In this document: positions 56,229 to 64,000 of the stretch, one piece after another
Layout: every line of letters begins with the position of its first letter
Position numbering within the stretch: position 1 is the stretch's first letter
Assembly (NCBI GenBank): GCA_033764015.1
Contig: JANRJK010000036.1
Span: forward strand, 32,001 to 96,000
Source of the DNA: Candidatus Sumerlaeia bacterium
Lineage (GTDB): Bacteria; Sumerlaeota; Sumerlaeia; SLMS01; JANRJK01
Direction of reading: 5' to 3'
Length of the DNA: 64,000 bases
The notes under the pieces: model-generated
Told to the model about the DNA's origin: nothing
The model's input: only the letters and a program-made list of their open reading frames with translations
Database searches by the model: none
Program-made: the position numbers and the translations under genes

Positions 56229-57239
56229 ATGAAGAAGCTCTTGTTGATGGCCAGCCTGCTTGCGGCCGCCGCATCCGCGCCCGCCGTTGCCCCCGAGGTG
56301 CTGGACTGGGGGATCGCCGGGCAGACGATGCAATTGGGCATCGTCGGTGCGGATGACTTCGTGGCGTTCGACACGCAGCGCGGGGTGGTGCTGAAAGTTG
56401 TCCCCCGGGGCCAGATCAACTCGCTCCCCGGCGGGGGGGTCGCCGGAGCGGTGGACATCGTCGCCGTCAACGGCCAAGGCGCCGAGTTGGCAAGGATGGA
56501 CAACATCCCGGTGGGTGGGCGCGTCACGACGAGCCTGAACTATGCGTTCACGGCCTTCCCGGTGGCGGCGCCGAGCATGGAGCTCGGGCTCGCGGGCGTC
56601 TATAACACGCGCCAATCGATCACCCTTTCGGGGCGCATGGGCGATGCGGCGTTCAGCTTCGTGGGTGGCTACAACGGCACCACCTACGGCGGAACGCTCG
56701 AGAACGAGAGCATCTTCGCGGACACCGCGCCGCCGGGGCCCTCGGGCACGGTGCAGATCAAGTTGGGCCAGTACTTCGGCAGCGGCGTTGCCGCTCTGAG
56801 CCTCCGGCGCGACGAGGTCGCTTTCTTCGAGACCACGACCGCGACCTTCCAGGACCTCGATGGCCGGCTGCGCAACTGGCGGGGCGACGCGGTGGTCGTG
56901 GAGACCAACCCCTCGGGTACGTCCGGTGCTCCGCTGGTCACACCCGGGGGTACCACCAACGTGACGACGGTCTGGTACCGAACGGGATCGCCGACCCCGG
57001 GCTATGTGGTGTCGAGCGGATCGAACGCCTCGCGTGGCTACTCCGGAACCTACGGTGGCTATATCGGCGTCACGGAGGCGGGGGTCGCCTCCGCGATCGG
57101 CACAGATATCTTTAACGGCGTGCCATCGCTGGAGGCGGCGCTGGTGTATCAGACGTTCAACGCGCGTGGCTCCTACACCTCGTCGGCGCGGAGTACGTAC
57201 TCGCCGGCCGCGATCCAGCGCCTGGTCGAGCGGTACTGA
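56229..57239 (+). CDS. Secreted hypothetical protein, paralog 2
   Basis: GAGGAAGGGA SD; signal peptide; shares GRLRNWRGDAVVVET and LVTPGGTTNVTTVWY with paralog 1. Confidence 0.85.
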   Translation: MKKLLLMASLLAAAASAPAVAPEVLDWGIAGQTMQLGIVGADDFVAFDTQRGVVLKVVPRGQINSLPGGGVAGAVDIVAVNGQGAELARMDNIPVGGRVTTSLNYAFTAFPVAAPSMELGLAGVYNTRQSITLSGRMGDAAFSFVGGYNGTTYGGTLENESIFADTAPPGPSGTVQIKLGQYFGSGVAALSLRRDEVAFFETTTATFQDLDGRLRNWRGDAVVVETNPSGTSGAPLVTPGGTTNVTTVWYRTGSPTPGYVVSSGSNASRGYSGTYGGYIGVTEAGVASAIGTDIFNGVPSLEAALVYQTFNARGSYTSSARSTYSPAAIQRLVERY

Positions 57240-57263
57240 GCAGGGCGTTGCCAATGGCTTCCA

Positions 57264-57307
57264 CCGCCCCGGAGCCGCGCGCTCCGGGGCGGTTTCCATT
57301 GCGGCGG
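57264..57307 (+). repeat. Hairpin/terminator-like element, copy C
   Basis: CCGCCCCGGAGC-CGCGC-GCTCCGGGGCGG-TTTCCATTGCGGCGG. Confidence 0.75.
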
Positions 57308-57369
57308 GTGTTGCGGGCGCGAGGGCGCGCTGCTCCACTCGGCGCGGTGGTCCCACCCCGGAGCTTCCG

Positions 57370-58530
57370 ATGCGCAAGTGCCCCGCGTGCGGGTTCAACA
57401 ACGGCGAAGGGCGCGAGCGCTGCCTGAAGTGCTCGTCGCTGCTCGAGCACCGCGCGCCGCCGGACATCTCCGCGGCCGCCGCGAGCGGGCGCGAGGACAC
57501 CACGGCGGTCTGGTACGGCGAACTGCGCCGCCGCGTGGCGCGGGCGCTCGACTGGGTGGGCGACTCGGAGATCCCCGAGCGCGGCTGGTACCGCTACCCC
57601 GCCGGCGCCGCGCTGATGTGCCCGATCCCCGGCGCGCCGCAGTTCTACACCTCGCAGGTGAAGAAGGGCCTCCTCTACGGCGCCGTGGTGCTCGCGCTGG
57701 AGGTGTGGGTGGTGCTGACGTTCTTCGAGCCGCATTCGAACCGCGTGATCCTGGCGGCGATGCTGGCGATGCTGTTCAGCGCGGCGGACGGCTACCAGGC
57801 GTCGCTCCGGATCAACGGGCGGCCGACGGTGGGGCGCTACCTGTTCGGCTACTGGTTCGGATTCATCTTCATCGTCGGCATGGTGATGGCGCTGACGCAG
57901 TGGTGGGCGTACGTCCTCGGCCTGCAGCTCGTGGCCGTCACGAGCGACGACCTGCGGCCGGCGTTCCGCAAGGGCGACCGGGTTCTGGTCACGCGCTGGC
58001 CGGTGCTGTTCGGTTCCTCGCCGGAGCGCGGCGACGTGGTGTACTACACCGCGCCGAGCTGGTCCTTCGAGATGCCCTCGGGCGACGGGAACAGCTCCGT
58101 CCGGCTCACGGCGTTCCGAAGCTTCGGCGTGGTCTCGGGGCTGGAGGGCGACCGGGTGCACTGGCAGCCCGTCCGCGGGGAGCGGTGGGAGCCCGGCGAC
58201 CCGGTGGCGCTGATGCTGAACGGCGAGCCGGCGACGGACGCGCTGCTGCCGCTCCTTCCCGCGGGGATGGCGCCGGCGTTCGACGCCACGGTGCCGGCGG
58301 GCGCGGTGGCGGTGCCGCTGTCGACACCGCTGAGCGAGTTCTCGCTCGGCCCGAGCTGGGGCGGGGAAGCGCCGACGCCGGCGATGGTGTTCCACCGGCG
58401 CTACCTGGTGAAGGACTTCCAACAGGCGAACCTGCCGCCGCTGGACAACCTGCAGGGTGTGGTGCTGCTGCGCTACAACCCTCCGGAGCGCCGCGCCTGG
58501 TTCGGTCGCGGGCGCGGCGTCCCGAGGTAG
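57370..58530 (+). CDS. Zinc-ribbon plus TM plus signal peptidase I (S26)-like domain protein
   Basis: N-terminal CPACG...C.KC; several TM segments; VTSDDLRPAFRKGDRVLV, PERGDVVYY, VVSGLEGDRV, L.G.V..RY.P. Confidence 0.75.
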   Translation: MRKCPACGFNNGEGRERCLKCSSLLEHRAPPDISAAAASGREDTTAVWYGELRRRVARALDWVGDSEIPERGWYRYPAGAALMCPIPGAPQFYTSQVKKGLLYGAVVLALEVWVVLTFFEPHSNRVILAAMLAMLFSAADGYQASLRINGRPTVGRYLFGYWFGFIFIVGMVMALTQWWAYVLGLQLVAVTSDDLRPAFRKGDRVLVTRWPVLFGSSPERGDVVYYTAPSWSFEMPSGDGNSSVRLTAFRSFGVVSGLEGDRVHWQPVRGERWEPGDPVALMLNGEPATDALLPLLPAGMAPAFDATVPAGAVAVPLSTPLSEFSLGPSWGGEAPTPAMVFHRRYLVKDFQQANLPPLDNLQGVVLLRYNPPERRAWFGRGRGVPR

Positions 58531-58536
58531 TTCCGG

Positions 58537-59793
58537 TCAGCGCATGGCGATCTGCTGCGGCGGCGGGATCGTCGGCGGGGGGATGATCGCGTGGCGCGTC
58601 GGATCCTGCTCGCCGACGATGGTGATCGGGGTGCCGACGTTGATGAGGTCGAACAACTCCTCGACGTCCGACTTCCTCATGCCGATGCAGCCGTTGCTGG
58701 CGTAGGCGCCGACGGTTTCCTCCCGGATGGTGCCGTGGATGCCGAGGATGTCGCCTTCGAAGGCCATCCAGCGGGTACCGAGCTCGTTGTTCGGGTCGCC
58801 GGGCTGGTACACATGGCCGTTGCCGGGGCGCCACGTGGGGTTCTGCTTCTTGTTGAGGACCTTGAAGGTGCCCTGCGGCGTCGCGCCGGCGTCGCGGCCG
58901 GTGCGGACGTCGTAGAAGAGGAAGAGTTCGCCCTTGTTCATGAGCTTGAGCGCGTTCGCCCCGACGTCGCAGACGAGGGAGAAGTCGAACGTGGGCACGC
59001 GGAGCGCCTGGCCGATGCGGAGGCGGCGCGGGTCGGTGACGCCGTTGACCTCCATCAACGCCTCGGGGGTGATCCCGTACTTCTTCGCGATGTTGTAGAT
59101 CGCCTCGCCCTTGGCGATCTTGTGCTCGGTGAAGCCGCCCTCGACGGTGCCCTCGCGGAGCGCGCGGCGGTTGGCTTCGCTGATGGCGGCGGCTAGTTCG
59201 CGCACCTTGGGATCGTCCGGCGCCTGCGCCCAGAGCTGGTTGAAGCGGGCGCGGGCCGAAGCGAGGTTGCCGCCCTGCGCGTCGGCGATGCCGAGGGCGG
59301 CCTCGATGGAGGCGGACTCCTTGGCGCCGGGATTCGACGCGAGGATCGCCTGCGCGCGGCCCAGCGTCTCGGGCGACGGGGCGCCGGCGGCGAGATCCGC
59401 CTTGAGCGCGACCAGCTCCACGTCGGCGAGCCGCTCGGAGCGGGGGTGTTCGCGCTGGAAGGCTTCGGCGAGTTCGCCCGCGCGGGTGCTGTTGCCGGCG
59501 GCGCGGTGCGCGCGGATCGCCAGCCAGTCGCCTTCCTCGCCGAGCTCGTAGCCCTGCGCTTCGAGACCCGCCAGCACATCGAGCGCGGGCGCGGCTTCGT
59601 TTCGATCGAGGAGCGAGCGCACCAGCGCGACCTGCGCGGCGGTTTCCTTCGCGGCGCGCTGCGACGACAGGTAGCGCGCGCCGCCGTAGAGCCCCGCGGC
59701 GGCGATCACGGTGATTGCGACAACAGCGGCGATGGCGCGCACGGGCGCCTGGCGCTTCGAGGCGGGGCGGGGGAAGGCGGTGAAATCGGACAT
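58537..59793 (-). CDS. L,D-transpeptidase with TPR-like region and LysM domain
   Basis: N-terminal TM; LysM HKIAKGE....IAKKYGIT...L...N....L.IGQ.L; YkuD domain LGTRWM, GIHGT, SNGCIGM. Confidence 0.92.
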   Translation of the reverse strand: MSDFTAFPRPASKRQAPVRAIAAVVAITVIAAAGLYGGARYLSSQRAAKETAAQVALVRSLLDRNEAAPALDVLAGLEAQGYELGEEGDWLAIRAHRAAGNSTRAGELAEAFQREHPRSERLADVELVALKADLAAGAPSPETLGRAQAILASNPGAKESASIEAALGIADAQGGNLASARARFNQLWAQAPDDPKVRELAAAISEANRRALREGTVEGGFTEHKIAKGEAIYNIAKKYGITPEALMEVNGVTDPRRLRIGQALRVPTFDFSLVCDVGANALKLMNKGELFLFYDVRTGRDAGATPQGTFKVLNKKQNPTWRPGNGHVYQPGDPNNELGTRWMAFEGDILGIHGTIREETVGAYASNGCIGMRKSDVEELFDLINVGTPITIVGEQDPTRHAIIPPPTIPPPQQIAMR

Positions 59794-59998
59794 CGGGAAC
59801 GAACCTCCAACGGGTCGAGTCGGACCCAACCGGCTCGGGCCCCGGCTCGAACACCGTCAAATCGAATCGGAACCGGACGGTCGAATCGGCGGTCCGTCGC
59901 CGCTCCGACAGACCGCTTGACGGTGCGGGGCGGTGGGATGTTTTCTCGAACTTTGCCGCGTTCTCGAAAGCTCGCAGCCCCCCGGAAAGGAGACGCCG

Positions 59999-60238
59999 AT
60001 GCACCCCGACGACCAGCACCTTGTGCAGGATGTGGTGCGCGAGTGGCTCGGCTTCGGCGAAGAGCCGCGGCTCGAAGACCTGACGCCCTCCGACCGCGCG
60101 TTCGTCGAGTTCTCCGCCTCCGCCGACCGGTTGCTTGAGGAGCGGAACCCGGACCCGCAGAACCTCTTCGACTTCCCGGTGGAATTCGTGCAGTACGACA
60201 AGTTCCGCCCCGGCGTGTCGGGGCGGCTTCGCGCCTAG
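59999..60238 (+). CDS. Small hypothetical protein
   Basis: AAAGGAG SD; 79 aa; host codon usage. Confidence 0.65.
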   Translation: MHPDDQHLVQDVVREWLGFGEEPRLEDLTPSDRAFVEFSASADRLLEERNPDPQNLFDFPVEFVQYDKFRPGVSGRLRA

Positions 60239-60291
60239 GGGCGCGCCCCGCGAAGCACGCGGGGCGCGCCGGTCCCGGCCGCCCTCCTACT

Positions 60292-60648
60292 CTACTCGCC
60301 GTAAACGATGGTTTTGTGGCTCATGAAGATCGCGTAGAGAAAGTGCGTGAGCTCGTGATCCACATGGTGGACCTTCTTGATGCCTCCGTCGCGCATGGCG
60401 GTGTCGATTCCGGCGTCGCCGAACGCGAAGAGTCCAAAAATCGCAATGGCGGACGACTCGCCTTTCTTGTCGCTGCCCGCGTCCGGAGAGGTGGCGACGG
60501 CTAGGCCTTGGGCCGGAGCCTTCACCGAAGTGAACATGATTCCTGCCGGCGTGGGACCGCCTGGAAAGATGGTGGTGGCACAACCGGAGAGGATGGACGC
60601 GGTTCCGACCGCGGCGCTAAGCAGGAGGGTGCGCGAAAGGCTGCCCAT
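60292..60648 (-). CDS. TRL-like family lipoprotein
   Basis: Lipobox LSGC; KKGES.A..IFGLFAFGDAGIDTA....GIKKVHHVD, TIVYGE. Confidence 0.85.
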   Translation of the reverse strand: MGSLSRTLLLSAAVGTASILSGCATTIFPGGPTPAGIMFTSVKAPAQGLAVATSPDAGSDKKGESSAIAIFGLFAFGDAGIDTAMRDGGIKKVHHVDHELTHFLYAIFMSHKTIVYGE

Positions 60649-60725
60649 GCTGGCTACCTCGCTTTGGGATGGTGGGCGGACGCCCACTTTACTGGACTTC
60701 ATCGATAACACTGATCCGCTAGATG

Positions 60726-61898
60726 TCAAAGGCAAGAGGAACCCGCCGCGTCCACCACCAGCGCACCGACCTGCCCGCCGAAGCCCGAGGAGATCTTCAG
60801 GGCGCGCGAGAGCGCTCCGTCGCGCGGCTCGCGCTGGATCGTGACGCCCGCGCAGTCCTCCGCCAGTTCGCCGTGGCCCGCCGTCCCGGGGAGCAGGCCC
60901 TCCGCCATGCAGCCGAGGAGGGCGGCGAGCTCGACGCCGGAGGCGGCGCCGGTGAGGTGTCCGAAGGCGCCCTTGAACGAGTTGGCGGGAGCGCCGGCCG
61001 CGCCGAGAACGCGGAGCGCCGCGGCCTCCGCCCGGTCGTTCGCGAGCGTCGCGGTGCCGTGGCACTGGACGAGGTCCAGCCCGCCGCCGCGCCGTCCAGC
61101 GCGGGAGAGCGCCCGCGACGCCGCCGCGGTGATCGCGCGCCCCGTTGGGTCCATCCCTGTCATCGAGTGCGGATCCCCCGCGATCGCCCAGCCGGCGAGG
61201 CGTGGCGCGGCGCCGAGCGTGCGGGCGAAGTCCGCGTCGATGAGCAGGAACAGCGCGGCGCCCTCGCCCAGGGCGAACCCGTCGCGGCCCGCGCTGAAGG
61301 GTCGGCACTCCCCCGCCGTGAGGGTGCCGAGGCGCGCGAAGGTGGCGAGGTAGATCGGGATCAGCGCGGCCTCCGCGCAGCCGGCGAGCGCGGCACGAGC
61401 CCGCCCGTCGGCGATCTCCTGCGCGGCGGCGATCACGTTGTGCAGCCCGGTGGCGCAGGCGGCGACGCGCGCCTGCACGCTCCCCGCGGCGGGCCAGCGC
61501 TCCGCCAGCCAGCGCGCGGGGGCGTCGGGAGCGGCGTGGCGCCAGTCGAGTTCGCCCGCGAGCCGCGCGGCGACGGCGCCCTTGCTGGTCGCGGCGAACA
61601 CCGCCCGCTCCTCCGGGGTCGCAAGGCGCGCGGCGGCCGCGAGTTCTTCGCCGAGTTCGCCGTGGCACCACGCCAGCAGGTCGATGGTGCGGTCGCCGCC
61701 GAGCGCCGGGATGGGTTCCCGGATGCGGGCCACGGGAACGGTGACGCCGTCCCCGAGGGACTCGCGCTCGAGGGCGCGGCTCCCCGTGCGGAGCGCCGGG
61801 AGCAAGCCGCCGCGCGCGCCCTGCTTGAGGGTTGACCAAGTGATCGCGCCGAGAGGCGAAATGGCGGCGCAGGCGGCGACGGCGACGGGACGGGCCAT
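60726..61898 (-). CDS. Beta-ketoacyl-ACP synthase (FabF-like)
   Basis: AACATG (Cys), RPFS..RDGFALGEGAA, HGTAT..ND..E, KGAFGH, SSGFGG. Confidence 0.9.
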   Translation of the reverse strand: MARPVAVAACAAISPLGAITWSTLKQGARGGLLPALRTGSRALERESLGDGVTVPVARIREPIPALGGDRTIDLLAWCHGELGEELAAAARLATPEERAVFAATSKGAVAARLAGELDWRHAAPDAPARWLAERWPAAGSVQARVAACATGLHNVIAAAQEIADGRARAALAGCAEAALIPIYLATFARLGTLTAGECRPFSAGRDGFALGEGAALFLLIDADFARTLGAAPRLAGWAIAGDPHSMTGMDPTGRAITAAASRALSRAGRRGGGLDLVQCHGTATLANDRAEAAALRVLGAAGAPANSFKGAFGHLTGAASGVELAALLGCMAEGLLPGTAGHGELAEDCAGVTIQREPRDGALSRALKISSGFGGQVGALVVDAAGSSCL

Positions 61899-62016
61899 GG
61901 CGGGATGGTTGCCGCCACGGGCCGGGGGGCAAGCCGCCCCGGTCGGGGGCATGGAATGTGCTCCCCGTCTCCCCGCGCCGGTGTTCGGCCAACTTCCGCG
62001 AAATCGGTGTTAAGCC

Positions 62017-63105
62017 ATGCCAACACTGCTCAAGATACTGATCTTAGTCGCCTTCGTGGGGGGCGCGGGATACGGCACCGTCCGCTACCTGCAAGCCCAG
62101 GAGGCGCGCGAAATCAGCGCCGCCTCAAAACCCGGGGCTCCGGCGCGTCCGGCCTCCTCCCGGTCGTCGACGGTGCCTGTCGAGGTGTTCAAGGTATCGC
62201 GGACCGAGATCGCGCAGGAGATCCCCGCGACCGGCTCGTTGGTCGCCGACGAAAGCGTGGAAATCAGCAGCGAACAGAGCCGCCGCCTGGTGGCGATCCT
62301 CGCCGAGGAAGGCACGCGGGTCGAGTCGGGGCAGGCGCTCTACCAGCTCGACGACGCGGACTTGCAGGCGCAGTTGCGCGAGGTCGAGGCGCGGCGCGAG
62401 CTGGCGGTGCTCACGAAGGACCGCCTCGCGGGACTGCTGGAGACGCAGGCGGTTCCCCGTGCGCAGGTGGACGAGGCGCTCAGCTCCGTCGCGGTGCTCG
62501 ACGCGCAGATCGACTTCCTGAAAACGCAGATCGCCAAGACGACGATCCGCGCCCCCTTCGACGGGCGCCTCGGGATCCGCCGGGCGAGCCTCGGCGCGTG
62601 GCTCACGCCCGATTTCGTCATCACGTCCCTCCTGAGGACGGAGACGATCAAGGTGGACTTCAAGCTTCCGGAGCGCTTCTCGCCCGTGGTGCGCGAAGGC
62701 ACCCGGTTCCTCTTCCGCGCGCAGGGGTCCGCCGAGTGGATCGAGGGCACCGTCACCGTGGTGGACCCGGTGATCGAGGGATCGACGAGGTCCGTCGTGG
62801 TCCGCGGCGAAGCGCCCAATCCGGGGAGCCTGATGCCGGGGGGCTTCGTGAACGTGCGCTACCCGGTGGACGCGCTCGCGAGCGGGTTCATGGTGCCGTC
62901 GGAGGTCGTGGTGCCGACGCCGAACGGCAGCGCCGTGTGGGTGGTCGAGGGAGGCAAGTCGCGGCTGCGCCCGGTGGAGATCGGGCTGAGGACCGCGGAG
63001 GAGGTGCAGGTCGCCGCGGGCCTCTCCGAGGGCGACCAAGTGGTGAGAACCAATTTGCTGCGCGTCCGAGAGGGCGCGGAACTCGACATCCGCGGCGCCG
63101 AATAG
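62017..63105 (+). CDS. RND efflux periplasmic adaptor (membrane fusion protein)
   Basis: N-terminal TM; ATGSLVADESV, EG.RV..GQ.L, IRAPFDGRLG, LMPGGF, GL..GD.VV. Confidence 0.93.
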   Translation: MPTLLKILILVAFVGGAGYGTVRYLQAQEAREISAASKPGAPARPASSRSSTVPVEVFKVSRTEIAQEIPATGSLVADESVEISSEQSRRLVAILAEEGTRVESGQALYQLDDADLQAQLREVEARRELAVLTKDRLAGLLETQAVPRAQVDEALSSVAVLDAQIDFLKTQIAKTTIRAPFDGRLGIRRASLGAWLTPDFVITSLLRTETIKVDFKLPERFSPVVREGTRFLFRAQGSAEWIEGTVTVVDPVIEGSTRSVVVRGEAPNPGSLMPGGFVNVRYPVDALASGFMVPSEVVVPTPNGSAVWVVEGGKSRLRPVEIGLRTAEEVQVAAGLSEGDQVVRTNLLRVREGAELDIRGAE

Positions 63106-63129
63106 CGCCGCCGCTCCAGGAGCCGGGCC

Positions 63130-64000
63130 GTGTACCTATCCGACGTCTGCATCAAGCGGCCCGTCTTCGCCACCGTGCTGTCCATGACGCTGGTGCTGTT
63201 CGGCGCCATCGGCTTCCAGCGGCTCGGCGTGCGCGAGTATCCCGCGACGGACGCGCCGGTGGTGTCGGTGACGACGAACTACGCGGGCGCGAACCCCGAC
63301 ATCATCGACGCGCAGGTCACGGAGCCGTTGGAGCAGGCGATCAACAGCGTGCCCGGCATCCGCACGCTCACGTCGGAGTCGCGCGAGGGGCGCAGCTCGA
63401 TCCGCGTCGAGTTCGGACTCGGCGTGGACATCGAGGCGGCCGCCAACGACGTCCGCGACAAGGTCTCCCGCGCCGTCGACAGCCTGCCGGAGGACGTGTC
63501 GCCGCCGGAGGTCGAGAAGGCGGACGCGGACTCCTCGCCGATCATCTTCATGGCGCTCACGAGCGAGACGCGCGACATCCTCGAAATCTCGCACCTCGCC
63601 GACACCGTGGTGAAGGAGCGCATCCAGACGATCCCGGGCGTGAGCGCGATCCGCATCTTCGGCGAGCGCCGCTACGCGATGCGCCTGGTGATGGACCCCG
63701 ACAAGATGGCCGCGCACCGGGTGACGCCCTCGGACATCGAGGAGGCGCTCCGCAGGCAGAACGTCGAGCTGCCCTCCGGCCGCATCGAGGGCGCCGCGAC
63801 GGAGCTGTCGCTGCAGACCGAGGGGCGGCTCGCGACGCCGGAGCAGTTCGACTCGATGATCATCCGGCAGGACGAGGGCCGCGCGGTCCTGTTCCGCGAT
63901 GTGGGCCACGCGGAGCTGAGCGCCGAGAACCTGCGCTCCGGCAACCGCAGCCTCGGGGTGCCGATGATCGGCGTGGCGGTGATCCCGCAGCCGAACACCA
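63130..64000 (+). CDS. RND efflux permease (AcrB/MdtB family), 3' truncated by window
   Basis: GTG start; IKRPVFATV, REYP..D.PVVSV.T.YAGA.P.....VTEPLE, GERRYAMR, QNVELPSGRI. Confidence 0.93.
   Translation, partial: MYLSDVCIKRPVFATVLSMTLVLFGAIGFQRLGVREYPATDAPVVSVTTNYAGANPDIIDAQVTEPLEQAINSVPGIRTLTSESREGRSSIRVEFGLGVDIEAAANDVRDKVSRAVDSLPEDVSPPEVEKADADSSPIIFMALTSETRDILEISHLADTVVKERIQTIPGVSAIRIFGERRYAMRLVMDPDKMAAHRVTPSDIEEALRRQNVELPSGRIEGAATELSLQTEGRLATPEQFDSMIIRQDEGRAVLFRDVGHAELSAENLRSGNRSLGVPMIGVAVIPQPNT

Noticed and set aside
54882..57307. Three hairpin repeats as a CRISPR array or integron attC sites
   Set aside because: Spacing is over 1 kb with whole genes in between, there are no cas or intI genes, and I could not identify attC R/L box architecture.
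60649..61992. N-terminal extension of the TRL lipoprotein (566-aa ORF)
   Set aside because: Out-of-frame overlap with the ketosynthase. The real start is at 60648, with a signal peptide.

Overview
A 64-kb, very GC-rich bacterial chromosomal segment with dense genes on both strands. I found no integrase, transposase, CRISPR array or rRNA. It most resembles Candidatus Sumerlaeota (BRC1). That is an inference from a pseudopilin of the 'AFTLVELL...AIALPNFLEAQTRAKV' type and from secreted proteins ending in a short V-x-x-(x)-W-x-hydrophobic tail. Housekeeping genes: hpt, alr, prfA, rnpB, polyprenyl synthase, pgsA, a gcvT-like gene, cdd, folC, typA, tRNA-Gly(GCC), tRNA-Arg(CCG) and tRNA-Lys(CTT). 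Envelope, transport and regulatory genes: two GT2 glycosyltransferases, LptC/LptA-like proteins, a LysM L,D-transpeptidase, a P1B ATPase, an RND pump (cut by the window end), a GGDEF protein, an FHA-GAF histidine kinase, an ECF sigma/FecR pair and MarR. Most notable observations: (1) an ORF-free, hairpin-rich unit at about 16.7-17.0 kb, bounded by a sigma54-type promoter and an intrinsic terminator, probably an unannotated ncRNA; (2) two tandem paralogous secreted proteins of unknown family after tRNA-Lys, with a related hairpin element before, between and after them; (3) a shared C-terminal tail on unrelated secreted proteins; (4) an ACP-FGE/sulfatase fusion; (5) four apparent pseudo-enzymes (signal peptidase I, SDR, MoaB, ADP-ribosylglycohydrolase); (6) a pgsA that seems to need a non-canonical ATC start. 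All calls come from reading the sequence by eye; no searches were run.
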